A stretch of DNA of 64,000 nucleotides, taken from contig NC_087252.1 of assembly GCF_037042905.1 (NCBI RefSeq), forward strand, positions 14,634,001 to 14,698,000. Direction: 5' to 3'. Positions within the stretch are counted from its first letter, which is position 1; every line of letters begins with the position of its first letter. The position numbers were made by a program, and so were the translations under genes. Below the pieces are notes generated by a model. That model ran no database searches, had not been told where the DNA came from, and was given only the letters and a program-made list of their open reading frames with translations. Source of the DNA: Lytechinus pictus. Lineage: Eukaryota. This document shows, piece after piece, positions 62,705 to 64,000 of this stretch.

Positions 62705-62919
62705 ATTTACAATGTACATAGATAATAAATAACTTTTAAAGAGCAAGTGTACATAAAAAATCATTAAAAATAATAAAATAGAACGAAAAAAAAAAGAAAT
62801 ACAATATTAAAAAGTGATGAATATTAGACAATTAAAAATTCAAATATCAATTGGATTGAAATGGAGACTAAAAAAATTGCAAAAATTTGAGTTGATTTTA
62901 AGGGTATGAAAGTAACAAT

Positions 62920-63999
62920 TTATTTAGAATTTAGTAAATCAATGAAATATGGTATTGCACTTTTTCTAAAGCGAGCTGTTTTGCATTTTAACTGAGCAAA
63001 GTTTGGAACACTCCTTAATGAGATTGAGACATTTTTCCTTTTTGGTAGCCAGTTATTACAGTAAGGGTTTTTTAAAAGAGATTTAGCAAACTCCAAACAC
63101 AGTCTTTTTCGTCTTCTTTCAAGACATTCTAATCCACATTTTGTTAATGCATTTTCATAATCTATAAAATCCGAGCCAAGAATTATTTTGCAAACTCTTT
63201 TTTGTATTTTTTCTAAGTCCTTAACCTGTTTAGCAGTTAGTGCTCCATTGAAAACCGGTACACAATACTCCAAAATTGGACGAATATATCCAATGTAAAT
63301 TTGAACAAGGTCTGACATAGGGAGTTTATATTGTTTGACAAGTCTGAACATATACAATTTTCTGTTACACCTTTTTATAATATCTGAAATTTGTTTATCC
63401 CATTTTAAGTTTGACTGAATATAAACACCAAGTATTTTAACAATTTCTGAATATTGCAGAGAAGTGTCACCAATATGCAATAGATTAGGTAATGGTGGAT
63501 TTTTAGAGAAAGTAACTCTGATTACATTGCATTTATTCGGATTTAGTTTTATATGATTATTAGATGACCAGGTAACAAGTGCATTTAGATGACATTGTAA
63601 TACAGAAGGAGTTTCTACTGAACGATTCTCAACTATAGTAAGATCTTCAACATATTTAAAGTGCGGTAAAGAATCATTCTGACACGCATCATTAAACATG
63701 ATCAAAAATAATATCGGGCCTAATTTCGTTCCTTGCGGCACTCCAGCATGATTTGTAATATACGGAGACAACACGCCCTGATATTTAACAGATTGTGAAC
63801 GATTTTCTAAATAACTAACAATCCACTGAATTATGCAAGGTCTTACGTTAAATTCAATTAATTTTCGAATCAGAATATTATGGTCAAGTCTATCGAAGGC
63901 TTTGGAAAAGTCTGTGCAAACTATGGTGGATATTGATTTAGATTTTTCACAGTTGTCCAATACACAATGCAATAATTTTATCAAATAATGGGTAGTTGA
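62920..63999 (-). pseudogene. LINE ORF2 reverse transcriptase and C-terminal region (open to window edge; YVDD reads YVED)
   Basis: DFSKAFD, GVPQGTKLGPILF, KYVED, LNPNKC, KILGV, IRPILEY, LEKIQKR. Confidence 0.9.
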
Positions 64000-64000
64000 C

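Larger units (their letters stand above)
61643..64000 (-). mobile_element. CR1/L2-group LINE, 3' part with (TTGAA)n tail
   Basis: RT ORF followed by 3' UTR, aataaa and tandem ttgaa tail at 61643-61670. Confidence 0.88.

Overview
This is AT-rich, repeat-dense eukaryotic DNA; its SINE/MITE repertoire suggests a marine invertebrate, probably a sea urchin (inference). Bases 1-7272 are the 3' part of a GC-richer Ty3/Gypsy LTR retrotransposon with an unusual cargo. Its integrase ends in an H3K4me3-type PHD finger. In the env position it carries a ~860-aa ORF (zinc-finger-like motif plus C-terminal TatD nuclease) that starts directly after a strong splice acceptor, and the LTR contains a candidate donor. 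This is the best candidate for an undescribed system. Bases 8.6-14.1 kb are nested DNA-transposon relics: a DDE transposase interrupted by an internally deleted ISL2EU-type element and a piggyBac MITE. A five-coding-exon ZNF511-like gene lies on the minus strand (23183-18455). One of its introns holds an inverted Penelope-like insertion with hammerhead-like motifs and a captured copy of a host splice junction. A ~7.6-kb segment is duplicated (35565-43124 / 53820-61645) and carries the 3' exons of an unrecognised protein-coding gene. The rest is MITEs, tRNA-derived SINEs, microsatellites, two probable P-element excision footprints and the 3' end of a CR1/L2-group LINE. All calls were made by eye, with no database searches.
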